A stretch of DNA of 64,000 nt. Source: an archaeon (GTDB lineage: Archaea > Nanobdellota > Nanobdellia > Pacearchaeales > GW2011-AR1). Location of the stretch: NCBI GenBank assembly GCA_009992175.1, contig JAACWA010000010.1, forward strand, positions 16,864-80,863, written 5' to 3'. Shown one piece after another: positions 1-9,961 of the stretch. The notes under the pieces were generated by a model. It did no database searches. It was not told the origin of the DNA and was given only the letters and a program-made list of their open reading frames with translations. Numbering within the stretch: position 1 is the first letter of the stretch; each line of letters starts with the position of its first letter. Made by a program: the position numbers and the translations under genes.

Positions 1-257
1 CTGCTAAGTTTAGTGTTTCAGAAGGAGGAATTTTATCCCTTTGGAGACTTTTTCCACATGGAATTTTTGAACTTCCCGCAATTTTCATTTCTTTGGGTTT
101 GGGAATAAAGTTTTCAACTTTTATTTTCAAGAAGAAAAAATTTAATTCTTTTAAAGAGTATTTTGAGAAATCTTTTTGGAGCTATATCACAATTATTCTT
201 CCTTTATTAGTTATTGCGGCAATAATAGAGGGAATTTTAATTGTTCTTGGAATCTAA
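1..257 (+). CDS. 3' end of a DUF95/SpoIIM-like integral membrane protein (5' end outside window)
   Basis: Frame 3 reads ...HGIFELPAIFISLGLG...IILPLLVIAAIIEGILIVLGI* ending in TAA at 255-257. Hydrophobic, typical DUF95 C-terminus. Confidence 0.4.
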   Translation, partial: AKFSVSEGGILSLWRLFPHGIFELPAIFISLGLGIKFSTFIFKKKKFNSFKEYFEKSFWSYITIILPLLVIAAIIEGILIVLGI

Positions 258-445
258 TTTTTTAATTCGTCAATTCCCATCACAATAAGAATAATTCCAA
301 TAAGAATCACAACAATTGTGATTCCTCCTTTAATTAATTCCAATGTTGCAACTCCCCATTCTGAGAGAGGCATTCCAGGCATAATCAAAGCCAATGGAAC
401 AACTAAAAGGATCAAACCTAACACAATTTTCAGCCATTTACTCAT
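254..445 (-). CDS. small 2-TM membrane protein (hypothetical)
   Basis: Internal Met of the 111-aa ORF: MSKWLKIVLGLILLVVPLALIMPGMPLSEWGVATLELIKGGITIVVILIGIILIVMGIDELKN. The longer ORF would overlap the dys start. Confidence 0.35.
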   Translation of the reverse strand: MSKWLKIVLGLILLVVPLALIMPGMPLSEWGVATLELIKGGITIVVILIGIILIVMGIDELKN

Positions 446-522
446 ATTCTTAATTGGAGATTGTATTTTAAATATGTTTTTGTTTAAGTTAATTTTAAAA
501 ACTGGATAAATCTCATTTTTCC

Positions 523-1506
523 ATGGACAAAGAAGACTTAGCAAGGAAGAATATTTTAAGAAACTCTGAAGAAGTTGAAGGCAAATCAATTAAGGGATAT
601 AATTTTAATCAGGGAGTAGATTATGACAAAATTCTAGATAATTTTTCAACAACGGGAATTCAAGCAAGCAATTTTTCAGAGGGAGTAGAAATAATCAATG
701 AGATGATTCAAAAAAAGGCATTTATTTATTTAGGATACACTTCAAACATGATTACCTCTGGGATTAGAGAGATTATAAGATATTTGACAGAGCAAAAGAA
801 AGTAAATGTTTTGGTTTCAAGCGCAGGAGGAATTGAAGAGGATATAATTAAATGTTTAGGAGATTTTAAGCTGGGAGATTTTAGGGCTGAGGGTAAAATT
901 TTAAGAGAAAAAGGGATAAACCGGGCTGGAAATATTTTTATTCCAAATTCAAGATATTGTGAATTTGAAAATTTTATAATGCCCATTTTGGAAGAGTTTT
1001 ATGGAAGACAAAAAAATGAAGGAAAATTTCTTACCTCTTCAGAACTTATATGGAAATTAGGCGAAAAAATTGACAAGAAGGAATCAGTTTATTATTGGGC
1101 AAATAAAAACAAAATTCCTGTTTATTGCCCAGGAATTACAGATGGGAGTCTCGGAGACATGATTTACTTTTTTAAGTCAAAGCATCCAGATTTTGTTTTA
1201 GATGTTGCAGAGGACATATGGAATTTAAACAATTCTACTCTGGGCCCAGAAAAAACAGGAATAATCATTTTGGGAGGAGGAGCAGTAAAACATTCAATTT
1301 GCAATGCAAATATGTTTCGAAATGGTGCTGACTTTGCAGTTTATATCAATACGGCTCAAGAATTTGATGGTTCTGATTCTGGAGCTTTGCCCGAAGAAGC
1401 AGTTAGTTGGGGTAAAATTTTACCAGATGCAAAAAAGGTGAAAGTTTATGGGGATGCATCAATAATTTTTCCTTTAATTGTTGCAAAAACTTTTGCTAAA
1501 AATTAA
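523..1506 (+). CDS. dys: deoxyhypusine synthase
   Basis: 327 aa; ...GGGAVKHSICNANMFRNGADFAVYINTAQEFDGSDSGA...EAVSWGKI, characteristic of the DHS family; TAA stop. Confidence 0.9.
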   Translation: MDKEDLARKNILRNSEEVEGKSIKGYNFNQGVDYDKILDNFSTTGIQASNFSEGVEIINEMIQKKAFIYLGYTSNMITSGIREIIRYLTEQKKVNVLVSSAGGIEEDIIKCLGDFKLGDFRAEGKILREKGINRAGNIFIPNSRYCEFENFIMPILEEFYGRQKNEGKFLTSSELIWKLGEKIDKKESVYYWANKNKIPVYCPGITDGSLGDMIYFFKSKHPDFVLDVAEDIWNLNNSTLGPEKTGIIILGGGAVKHSICNANMFRNGADFAVYINTAQEFDGSDSGALPEEAVSWGKILPDAKKVKVYGDASIIFPLIVAKTFAKN

Positions 1507-1550
1507 TTTTGTTATTTTTTTAAATTATTTAGATAAATATTTAAATAGAA

Positions 1551-2666
1551 GTGGAGACTTTATCTTCCATGGTAACTGAAAATGAAAAAAATGAGGGAGT
1601 TTTTTTACCTTTTTCAAAAGAAAATTTGGAAGGAGAACTTGGAAAAGATTTTATAGATGTCTTAAGAATGGTTGCTCCAGGAACTAGTTTAAGAGTTGCG
1701 CTTGATGACTTTTTAAATGCAAAGATGGGTGCACTAATTGTTTTTGATAATGGCAACTTAGAACAAATTATTGAGGGAGGATTTAGGGTAAACACCAAAT
1801 TTAGTGCTCAAAAATTAGTAGAGCTTGCTAAAATGGATGGGGCAATAATTCTTTCAAAAGATGGAAAGGAAATTCAAAATGTGAATACACTTCTTTTTCC
1901 AGATATATCTATTCATACAAAAGAAACAGGAACAAGGCATAAAGCTGCGGAGAGAACTGCAAAACAAGCCAAAACCCTCGTTCTTGCGGTTTCAGAGAGA
2001 AAAAATAAAATTTCTATTTATTATGGGGATGCTTCGTATCAATTAAAGAGAAGTTCAGAAGTTTTGAGAAGAGCTTCGGAAACTTTACAAATTTTGGAGA
2101 AGCAAAGGGATGTTTTTGATGAATTTTTAAGTGATTTGAATTCTTTAGAGTTAAGGAGACATGCCACAATAAATGATGTTTGTGTAGTGTTACAAAGGGT
2201 TGAAATTATGAAAAGAATAAGTGACGTGGTTCAGAGATATTTAATTGAATTAGGAAAAGAAGGAATGATCGTTAAAATGAGATTAAAAGAGTTAATGGTG
2301 GGTCTTGAAAAAGAAGAAGAGTTAATATTAAAAGATTATTTTAATCAGAATCATTCATCTTCACTTGAAATTCTTGAAAAGATGGATTTTGATTTTTTAC
2401 TTGAACCAATGAATATTTCAAGACTTCTCTTTGAAGAACTTCATGATAAAACTATCTCTCCTAGGGGGGTAAGACTTCTTGGGAAAACAAATCTTCTAGA
2501 TAGATATGTGGATTTGCTTGTAGGAAATTTTGAGAGTTTCTCTGAGATCTTGATTGCAAGTAATGAAGAAATTTTAGAAGTTTTAGAAAGTGAAGCTATG
2601 CTTGCATTTTTTAGAGAGGAGATTTATAGTCTAAAAGAAAAAATAAATTTGGGTAAAGGATTATAA
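1551..2666 (+). CDS. disA: DisA-type diadenylate cyclase (DAC domain + helical linker/C-terminal domain)
   Basis: DAC motifs: GALIVFD, DGAIILSKDGKEIQNVNTLLFP, ETGTRHKAAERTAKQAKTLVLAVSERKNKISIY (DGA / GTRH-AA signature). Confidence 0.8.
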   Translation: METLSSMVTENEKNEGVFLPFSKENLEGELGKDFIDVLRMVAPGTSLRVALDDFLNAKMGALIVFDNGNLEQIIEGGFRVNTKFSAQKLVELAKMDGAIILSKDGKEIQNVNTLLFPDISIHTKETGTRHKAAERTAKQAKTLVLAVSERKNKISIYYGDASYQLKRSSEVLRRASETLQILEKQRDVFDEFLSDLNSLELRRHATINDVCVVLQRVEIMKRISDVVQRYLIELGKEGMIVKMRLKELMVGLEKEEELILKDYFNQNHSSSLEILEKMDFDFLLEPMNISRLLFEELHDKTISPRGVRLLGKTNLLDRYVDLLVGNFESFSEILIASNEEILEVLESEAMLAFFREEIYSLKEKINLGKGL

Positions 2667-2708
2667 TTTTTTAATTACCTTTTTATACTAAAATTAACTT
2701 TTGTTTTT

Positions 2709-3755
2709 ATGTTAGATAAAGAAGAAATTTTAAAGGTAAGAGAACATCTTGAAAAAGCACAAAGTCCCCTTTTTTATTTTGATAATGATCAAGATGGATT
2801 ATGTAGCTATCTCCTATTAAGAAGATTTTATAATAAAGGGAATGGAGTTCCAGTTAAAACCTCTCCATTAGGAATGGAATATATAAGGCGCATTGATGAA
2901 TTTTATCCAGATTATGTCTTTATTTTAGATCAACCTACCGTTTCAAATGAATTTTTTGAAGCAATCAGACAAAAAAATATTCCTATTGTTTGGATCGATC
3001 ACCACGAAGTGGATAAAGATTCTCTTCCAGATTATGTTAATTATTTTAATCCCCTTTATAGTTCTAAAAAAAGTAGTGAACCTGTAACTAAAATCTGTTA
3101 TGAAATTACAAAAAGAAAAGAAGATCTTTGGATTTCAATTGCGGGTTGCCTTTCAGACAAATTTTTTCCAAAAGAATATAATGAATTTTCAAAGTTATAT
3201 CCAGATTTATCTCTTGATTCAAAAGATCCATTCAAACTTTTTTATGAATCTGGAATTGGAAAACTTTCGAGAATGATTGGAATGGGGTTAAAAGATAGGA
3301 CAAGTTTAGTTATGAAGATGATAAGGTTTCTTATTCAAGCAAGGACTCCTTATGAAGTTTTAGAAGAAAAATCAGAAAATATTAATTTGCATCGAAGATT
3401 TAATGAAATAAATTCCAAATTACAAAAATTAGTTAATAAGGCTAAGAGTGAAATAACTTTATCAAAACTTCTTTTTTTTAAATATTCTGGAGATACTAGT
3501 ATGAGTTCAGATTTATCAAATAAACTTAGTTATGAAATTCCAGAAAAATTTATTGTTGTTGCATTTTTAAGAGGTTCAAGAGTAAACATTTCAATTAGGG
3601 GGAAGAATGCCAAAAAGACAATTAAAAAAGCAATAAAGGAATTTTCCCTTGCAAAGTTTGGAGGACATAAAGATGCTGTTGGAGCACAAATGAACGAAGA
3701 CGAACTGGATAAATTTAAAGAGAATATTGAGAAAATTTTAGATCAAAAGTCTTAA
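2709..3755 (+). CDS. DHH-DHHA1 family phosphoesterase (NrnA/GdpP-like; candidate c-di-AMP/nanoRNA phosphodiesterase)
   Basis: DHH motifs FDNDQDGLCS and IVWIDHHEV; DHHA1 GGH motif FGGHKDAVGAQ near the C-terminus. Confidence 0.75.
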   Translation: MLDKEEILKVREHLEKAQSPLFYFDNDQDGLCSYLLLRRFYNKGNGVPVKTSPLGMEYIRRIDEFYPDYVFILDQPTVSNEFFEAIRQKNIPIVWIDHHEVDKDSLPDYVNYFNPLYSSKKSSEPVTKICYEITKRKEDLWISIAGCLSDKFFPKEYNEFSKLYPDLSLDSKDPFKLFYESGIGKLSRMIGMGLKDRTSLVMKMIRFLIQARTPYEVLEEKSENINLHRRFNEINSKLQKLVNKAKSEITLSKLLFFKYSGDTSMSSDLSNKLSYEIPEKFIVVAFLRGSRVNISIRGKNAKKTIKKAIKEFSLAKFGGHKDAVGAQMNEDELDKFKENIEKILDQKS

Positions 3756-4109
3756 AAAGAATTGGATCTTATTTCTATTATGAGTAAAAATCTGCATTTC
3801 AGATATTGTATTTGGAATTTTAAGTCAGTTATTACTCAAATTAAATAAAGCTTAATTTAACCCAAAACTTTTGTTTTTGAATTAAATTAAGAAAATATTT
3901 CTAGTTAATTTAATTTGAAAAGAAGTTTTGGAAAATAAAAAACCAAAATGGAAAACATAGAAAAAGTTGAGGTAGAGAAAGAATTAGGTTCTTTGTTTGA
4001 GAGAACTTTAAGTCTTGAAGATGAACTTAATTCTTTTTTGAAGTTGGAAGATTAGAATCTTTTTTTAGTGTGTGAGCTCTTTTAGAGGCATCTTTACAAA
4101 TTTTCAAAA

Positions 4110-5549
4110 TTAGTAACTTCTACTAAAATACATTTCTTCAATAGCTTTTTCGGAACAAAAAGGACAATTTCCCGAAATTTTCTTTTTTTCAAAGGTAACA
4201 CATCTTGTTGTTGCGCCTGTTTCATCCTTTATCTTTTCTTCACAAACAGTTTTTCCACACCAATCCATTTTTATTAACTTTTTATTTTTCATCCCTTCTT
4301 CGAATTCTTCTTTTGTTTTTACTTTAATTATTGAGTCTTCCATCCTTTTTTTTGCTTTTAGAAAGAGGTCTTTTTGTATTCTTTCTAAAATTTTTGGAAC
4401 TTCTTTTTGTAAATCTTTTATCTTTGATTCAGATTTTTCTTTTGTATCCCTTCGAACTAAAGTTACAACCCCTTTTTCTAAATCTCTTGGTCCAATTTCT
4501 ATTCTTAATGGAATTCCTTTTAGCTCATATTCGGAAAATTTATATCCAGGAGAATAGTCTTCAGAATTATCCATAATTGGATTAAATTTTTTTAGTGATT
4601 TAAACACTTCTTCAGATTTTTTTAAAACTTCTTTTTCTTTTCCCTTGAAAATTAAAGGAATTATCACCAATTGGTTTTCAGCAACTTTTGGTGGAAGTAC
4701 AAGTCCAGAGTTATCTGAATGAGTCATTACAACTCCCCCAATTAATCTAGTTGAGAGTCCCCAAGAATTTTGAAATGGAAAATGTTTTTTTTCATCCCTT
4801 CCCAAAAAACTTATTCCAAAAACCTTGGCAAATCCTTGTCCCAAGTTATGAGAAGTTCCACATTGTAGTGCTTTTCCGTCTGGCATGAATGCTTCAATAG
4901 TATAGGTGTGTTTTGCTCCGGCAAATTTTTCTTTTTCAGATTTTTTTCCAACAAGAACGGGAATTCCAAGAAGATCTTCAGATATTTTTTTATAGCGCTT
5001 TATAATTTCAATAGTTTCTTTTTCACATTCTTCATCAGTCTCATAAACATTATGTCCCTCTTGCCACAAAAATTCACGGGTTCTTAAAAAAAGTCTTGTT
5101 GCTTTAGTTTCCCAACGAACAATATTACACCATTGATTTATTTTAAGAGGTAAATCTTTGTAAGACCTAATCCATCTAGAATAAGAATTATACATTATTG
5201 TTTCTGAAGTTGGCCTTATTGCGAGCCTTTCGGAATCTTTAGTCAATTCTTTATCAATCCATGCAACTTCTGGGGTAAAACCTTCAGCATGTTCAGATTC
5301 TTTTTTAAAGAAAGATTCAGGAATTAAAATTGGAAAATAAGCGTTTTTTACTCCTAATGGTTTGTTAATTATTTTTTCAAAGTTTTCTTTTATTTTTTCC
5401 CAAATTGAATATCCTCTGGGCCTGATAACCATAAATCCCTTAACTTTTGCAAATTCTACTAATTCAGATTTTAAACAAACTTCTTCATACCATTTAGACA
5501 AATCTTCTTCTTTTTTTGATTGAATTCCAATGCTTTTTTTCCCTTCCAT
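4110..5549 (-). CDS. proS: prolyl-tRNA synthetase (archaeal/eukaryal type)
   Basis: 479 aa class II aaRS; ...FMVIRPRGYSIWEKI..., TSETIMY, C-terminal Zn motif CPFCSEK. Confidence 0.9.
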   Translation of the reverse strand: MEGKKSIGIQSKKEEDLSKWYEEVCLKSELVEFAKVKGFMVIRPRGYSIWEKIKENFEKIINKPLGVKNAYFPILIPESFFKKESEHAEGFTPEVAWIDKELTKDSERLAIRPTSETIMYNSYSRWIRSYKDLPLKINQWCNIVRWETKATRLFLRTREFLWQEGHNVYETDEECEKETIEIIKRYKKISEDLLGIPVLVGKKSEKEKFAGAKHTYTIEAFMPDGKALQCGTSHNLGQGFAKVFGISFLGRDEKKHFPFQNSWGLSTRLIGGVVMTHSDNSGLVLPPKVAENQLVIIPLIFKGKEKEVLKKSEEVFKSLKKFNPIMDNSEDYSPGYKFSEYELKGIPLRIEIGPRDLEKGVVTLVRRDTKEKSESKIKDLQKEVPKILERIQKDLFLKAKKRMEDSIIKVKTKEEFEEGMKNKKLIKMDWCGKTVCEEKIKDETGATTRCVTFEKKKISGNCPFCSEKAIEEMYFSRSY

Positions 5550-5566
5550 AGTGTTATATAAAATTG

Positions 5567-6445
5567 TTAATTTATTAAAGTTTCATTTAGGAATTCTTGA
5601 CTAATTGAATTTACTCCAAATTTTATTTTGTCTGATTCAAGAGCAAATCCAATTCCTTCAGTATTTACTAATTTAAAATTATTCATTCCAATCACATTTC
5701 CATTTTTGTTAAGTAAAGGTCCTCCCGAATTTCCAGGATTTAGTTGTGCATTTGTTTGAATATAAGTTCCTGCAGTTCCAAAACTTGATCCTGGTCGCCC
5801 TGTTGCAGAAACAATTCCATCAGTTGCAGAGAAACTCAATCCCTCTGGAGTTCCAATTGCTACTACTTTTTCTCCAACACCTACATTTGAAGATTCTTCC
5901 AAATCAAGGTACCCATATTTAGAAGTTGTTTTCAAAAGGGCCAAATCTAAATTTTTTATATACCCCACTAAAGTTCCAGTATAAACTTGGTTATCATTTG
6001 TCAGAATTTGAATAACTTGGGAAATTTGTCCACTATCATCTTCAATCACATGTTCATTTGTAACTACATATCCTTCAGAGATGAAAAATCCAGAACCTAA
6101 TGAAGAAAGTGTTCTTACAATTACTACAGAGTTTATACTATTTTTTATTACTTCTGAAAAATCTTCACTTGTTTGGAGTTTTAGTTTACTTATTTGAGTG
6201 TTTGTCGAGTCTATGCTTTGGTTTAGAATTTTAATTGTACGTTTTGATTCTATCTGGCTTCCTGCAAGTTCATTAATTTTTTGATTAGTTATTTCTTTAA
6301 GTTGATAAATTTCATTTTTAAGTTGACTATTTTCTAAATTTTGTTTTACAATTGTTGCATTTAAGAGAATTGCAATTACAATTATTGAGATAATTATTAC
6401 TGTTGAAAAACTCCCAATTATTATTTTATGGTGCCTCTTCATCAA
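5567..6445 (-). CDS. membrane-anchored trypsin-like serine protease (HtrA/S1C-like)
   Basis: N-terminal TM plus coiled coil; catalytic His region VVTNEHVIED, Ser region NPGNSGGPLLN. Confidence 0.8.
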   Translation of the reverse strand: MMKRHHKIIIGSFSTVIIISIIVIAILLNATIVKQNLENSQLKNEIYQLKEITNQKINELAGSQIESKRTIKILNQSIDSTNTQISKLKLQTSEDFSEVIKNSINSVVIVRTLSSLGSGFFISEGYVVTNEHVIEDDSGQISQVIQILTNDNQVYTGTLVGYIKNLDLALLKTTSKYGYLDLEESSNVGVGEKVVAIGTPEGLSFSATDGIVSATGRPGSSFGTAGTYIQTNAQLNPGNSGGPLLNKNGNVIGMNNFKLVNTEGIGFALESDKIKFGVNSISQEFLNETLIN

Positions 6446-6461
6446 AAATTAAAAATCTCAA

Positions 6462-6473
6462 ATTATTTAAATC
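6462..6473 (+). promoter_or_regulatory. TATA-like box (ATTATTTAAATC) about 29 nt upstream of tRNA-Arg
   Basis: A/T box at archaeal promoter spacing relative to the mature tRNA 5' end. Confidence 0.4.
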
Positions 6474-6495
6474 TAACCTGACCATTATTTAGTGA

Positions 6496-6567
6496 GGGTC
6501 TATAGTTCAACGGATAGAATATCGGGTTTCGGCCCCGAAGATCTAGGTTCAATTCCTAGTAGACTCA
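6496..6567 (+). tRNA. tRNA-Arg (anticodon TCG)
   Basis: Manual fold: acceptor GGGTCTA/TAGACTC (one G-U), D-arm GTTC/GAAT, anticodon stem TCGGG/CCCGA with loop TTTCGGC, T-arm CTAGG-TTCAATT-CCTAG, discriminator A. No encoded CCA. Confidence 0.75.
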
Positions 6568-6575
6568 TGGTGAGA

Positions 6576-7703
6576 ATGAAAAAAGAAACAAAAAATTATT
6601 TAATTGTCACTTCAGTTTTGATTGGAAGTTGTATTGGAGCAGGAGTTTTGGGTATCCCATATGTGGCTTCAAAAGCAGGATTTTTCACTACTTTGTTTTA
6701 TATTCTTTTTATTGGATCAATAATTCTGTTGTCTAACCTTTATTTGGGGGAGGTTACCCTCAGAACAAAGGGAAACCACCAATTAAGTGGCTATGCAGAA
6801 AAATATTTGGGAAAGAAAGGTAAAAGGGTCATGGATTTTGCATTTATTTTTGGAGTTTATTCTGCAATTGTTGCGTATTTGATTGGGATGGGAGATAGTT
6901 TAAGTTTTTTAATTTTTGGAAATTTAGTCCATTCAATTCCAATGGGAATCTTAGCTGGGTTTGTAATGATGTTTTTACTTTGGAAGGGAGTAAATGCTTT
7001 AAAAAAATTTGAAAATTTAGGAGTTTTTATTATTCTTGGACTTTTAATATTAATATTTATTTTGTTTTTACCTTTAGTTAATTTTGAAAACTTAGGGTAT
7101 AACCATTTTGAAAGTTTTTTGCTTCCATTTGGTGTTGTTCTTTTTGCTTTCCTTTCTTTTACTTCTATCCCTCAAATAGCATATATTTTAAGGAATGAAA
7201 AGAAAGTTTTGAGAAAATCGATTGTTACAGGTTCAATCGTTTCAGTTCTTTTTTATTGCTTGTTTGCATTTATTGTGGTGGGTTTTATGGGGGTTAATAC
7301 TCCAGAAGTTGCAACTCTTGCATTGGGTTCAATTTTTATCTTTTTGGGAATTTTTACTATTTTCACTTCTTACCTTTCAGTAGGGAACGCTCTTGAAGAA
7401 GATTTTGAATTTGATGACAAGGTGAGTAAAAGGAGTTCATGGTTTTTAGCTTCAATTATTCCAATGATTGTCTATGCATTAATTAGTTTTTTTCCTTTTT
7501 TCTCTTTTACAAAAGTTTTGTCTATAGGAGGAGTTGTTTCAGGAGGGATAATGGTAATTTTAATTATGTTTATTGTTAAGCGGGCAAAAGAAAAAGGAGA
7601 AAGGGAACCTGAATATACTATTCCCTTAAATTGGGCAGTAATTCTTTTTGTAATTCTTATTTTTGTTGTTGGAGCTCTAAAAGAAATTTTCTCTTTTTTT
7701 TAA
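6576..7703 (+). CDS. amino acid permease (APC/Trp-Tyr permease-like, about 11 TM)
   Basis: Start moved to the second ATG (MKKETKNY...) because the ORF-track start overlaps the tRNA. Polytopic membrane protein, LIGSCIGAGVLGIPYV... Confidence 0.65.
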   Translation: MKKETKNYLIVTSVLIGSCIGAGVLGIPYVASKAGFFTTLFYILFIGSIILLSNLYLGEVTLRTKGNHQLSGYAEKYLGKKGKRVMDFAFIFGVYSAIVAYLIGMGDSLSFLIFGNLVHSIPMGILAGFVMMFLLWKGVNALKKFENLGVFIILGLLILIFILFLPLVNFENLGYNHFESFLLPFGVVLFAFLSFTSIPQIAYILRNEKKVLRKSIVTGSIVSVLFYCLFAFIVVGFMGVNTPEVATLALGSIFIFLGIFTIFTSYLSVGNALEEDFEFDDKVSKRSSWFLASIIPMIVYALISFFPFFSFTKVLSIGGVVSGGIMVILIMFIVKRAKEKGEREPEYTIPLNWAVILFVILIFVVGALKEIFSFF

Positions 7704-7751
7704 TAAGAACCTTTTTTAATGGAATTCATTTAACATATTTAAATTAAAAAA

Positions 7752-8138
7752 ATGATAAAATCAAACACCAAGTTTCTTAGAACTCTTTTCTTTTTAATTG
7801 GGATTGTTGCGACTCTTGCATATAGGATGATTATTTTTTTCAATCTTTATAGTCCTTATTGGGTAAACATTTTATGGTATATTGGAACAGTTGGTTTTAT
7901 TTTATATTTTGGACATAGATATAATATTCAAAAGAAAGAAGCTGAATTAGTGGAAAAGTATAAGTTATTAAAAGCAGTTGAAGACTCAAAGCATATTAAA
8001 GGAAAGCAAAAAGAAGCATTGAATTATATTGTAAATTCAATTGCAACTTCAAAGTCAAGGTGGAATTCTTTAACAATAGTTTTACTTTCTGTTTTAGCTT
8101 TAATAATGGGAATTATTTTGGATTTAGGAATTTTTTGA
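7752..8138 (+). CDS. hypothetical membrane protein (3 TM)
   Basis: ORF with hydrophobic segments; no recognisable family. Confidence 0.35.
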   Translation: MIKSNTKFLRTLFFLIGIVATLAYRMIIFFNLYSPYWVNILWYIGTVGFILYFGHRYNIQKKEAELVEKYKLLKAVEDSKHIKGKQKEALNYIVNSIATSKSRWNSLTIVLLSVLALIMGIILDLGIF

Positions 8139-8223
8139 TTAATCTTAGTTAATCCGTTTTCTTTTTGTGGTTTATTTAAATTTTTATACAAATATTTAAA
8201 TAATTCTTAAAATTTATTTAAAG

Positions 8224-8628
8224 ATGGTGATGAGGGTTAAAAATAGAAAAATTGCTAGACAAAAAGGGTTTGTTCCTATTTCAGAAAAAAAGAACTTTGT
8301 TGATAGTGGGGAAAAATTTAATAATTTTTTACATAATTACTCCCAGGAGTTTGGAATAAAAGATAAACAAAATTATAATAAATTTAACAAAAGAGAAAAA
8401 TATATTATGGGGGTTCCAAAGGATCATCGAGAGGAGGTTTTAAGAGAAGTTTACCATAAGAATCCATCACAAGATGTAAAGTACTATCTTTCTTCAGTTA
8501 AAGAGTTTTTAGAAAAAAAAGGATATTATCATGTCCCAACACAAAGAGATATGGAAGATGCGTTTATAAAAGAGACACTCAATGCGCAGAGTATTGAAAG
8601 AACAAAGGACAAATATTCTAGGGAATAA
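8224..8628 (+). CDS. hypothetical basic protein
   Basis: 134-aa Lys/Arg-rich ORF, no recognisable motif. Confidence 0.3.
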   Translation: MVMRVKNRKIARQKGFVPISEKKNFVDSGEKFNNFLHNYSQEFGIKDKQNYNKFNKREKYIMGVPKDHREEVLREVYHKNPSQDVKYYLSSVKEFLEKKGYYHVPTQRDMEDAFIKETLNAQSIERTKDKYSRE

Positions 8629-8683
8629 CTTTTGTTTTTCTTAAGACCAACATATTTTTAACTTCTTTATTGTTTATTCTAAT

Positions 8684-9961
8684 ATGGAAATAGAGAAAAA
8701 CTTTGGTAACCTTGTTCAAGTTGAGAGGGGGAAAGAAATTTATGAGGGAATTCTACTTCCTGGTCCAGAACAAGGAGTTATTATTTTAAAGTTGGAGAAT
8801 GGATATAATATTGGATTTAATAAAAAAGAAATTTTAAAATTAAAAGTTGTTAAAAAAATTTTTGAAAAAAAAGAAGAATTTGAAGTTAAAAATTTAAAAA
8901 ATAATCTAAATGTTGCTATGGTTATCTTAGGGGGAACAATTTCAGCTAGACTCAATCCAGGTAAGGGAGGAGTCGATTTTATTGAAAATCCAAACGATTT
9001 TTTTAAATATTACCCAGAAATTTTTAAGATTGCAAACATTTCTCGTGTCGAAACTCCCTTTATGAAAGGTTCGGAGAACATGGATTATAAAGATTGGCAG
9101 AAAATTGCAAAAGTTGTTTGTGAATTGGTTAATGATTCTAATATTTCAGGAGTGATTGTAACTCAGGGAACAGATACCCTTCATTACACTTCTTCAGCTT
9201 TAAGTTTTTTTTTAAGAGATTTAGGTAAACCAGTTGTTCTTACTTTTTCACAGAGAAGTATTGACAGGGGAAGTAGTGATGCCACTCTCAATTTATTATG
9301 TTCAGCTAAAATGGCAATTTCCAATTCTTCAGGAGTTTTTGTTGTGGGTCACGCTAATAGTGAAGATGAATTTTGTTTTTCAATAAATGGAGCAAAGGTA
9401 AGAAAAATGCATTCTTCAAGAAGAGATGCATTCAAACCAATAAATTCTGAGCCAATTTTTAAGGTTTATCCTGAAAAATTAGAAAAAGTTTCTGAGTATA
9501 AGTTGAGGAATAATAAAAAAAAGTGTTTGGTTGACAACAAATTTGAAGAAAAAATTGCTCTTTTGAAATTTTATCCGGGAGAAGATCCGAGCATATTAGA
9601 TTATTATCTTAAAGAAGGATATAAGGGACTTGTTATTGAAATGTTGGGGTTAGGTCACGTTGCGACAAGTGGATCAAGAATTAGTTGGATAAAAAAGTTA
9701 AATGAAATTCAAAAGAAAGGAATGATTGTTTGTGCTGCTGCCCAAACAATTTTTGGTCGACTTGATCCCTTAGTGTATGTAACAGGAAGAGAATTAATTG
9801 AAACCGGAATAATCTATTTAGAAGATATGTTGAGCGAAACAGCATTTGTGAAATTGGGGTGGGTTCTTGGTCACAAAGATTGGGTTTCTTCAAAAGAAAA
9901 GGTAAAAGAAAAAATGCTTGAAAACTTTTCTGGAGAATTAAATAATAGATTAATTGAGTAA
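8684..9961 (+). CDS. gatD: Glu-tRNA(Gln) amidotransferase subunit D
   Basis: Archaeal GatD architecture with an asparaginase-like domain: VAMVILGGTISARLNPGKGGVDF, VIVTQGTDTLHYTSSALSF. Confidence 0.85.
   Translation: MEIEKNFGNLVQVERGKEIYEGILLPGPEQGVIILKLENGYNIGFNKKEILKLKVVKKIFEKKEEFEVKNLKNNLNVAMVILGGTISARLNPGKGGVDFIENPNDFFKYYPEIFKIANISRVETPFMKGSENMDYKDWQKIAKVVCELVNDSNISGVIVTQGTDTLHYTSSALSFFLRDLGKPVVLTFSQRSIDRGSSDATLNLLCSAKMAISNSSGVFVVGHANSEDEFCFSINGAKVRKMHSSRRDAFKPINSEPIFKVYPEKLEKVSEYKLRNNKKKCLVDNKFEEKIALLKFYPGEDPSILDYYLKEGYKGLVIEMLGLGHVATSGSRISWIKKLNEIQKKGMIVCAAAQTIFGRLDPLVYVTGRELIETGIIYLEDMLSETAFVKLGWVLGHKDWVSSKEKVKEKMLENFSGELNNRLIE

Noticed and set aside
726-986. Short antisense or overlapping ORFs embedded in strong genes, including 726-986, 4331-4576, 8740-8955, 9681-9893, 11252-11437, 12895-13101, 22909-23264, 24160-24623, 28207-28452, 39049-39804, 41028-41558, 43153-44997 and 53269-53762
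   Set aside because: They lie wholly inside confidently assigned genes on the opposite strand or frame. Their low-complexity translations are typical of AT-rich spurious ORFs.
6492-6575. ORF-track start of the permease at 6492 (MRVYSSTDRISGFGPEDLGS...)
   Set aside because: It is a translation of the tRNA-Arg gene itself. The genuine start is the downstream ATG at 6576 (MKKETKNY).
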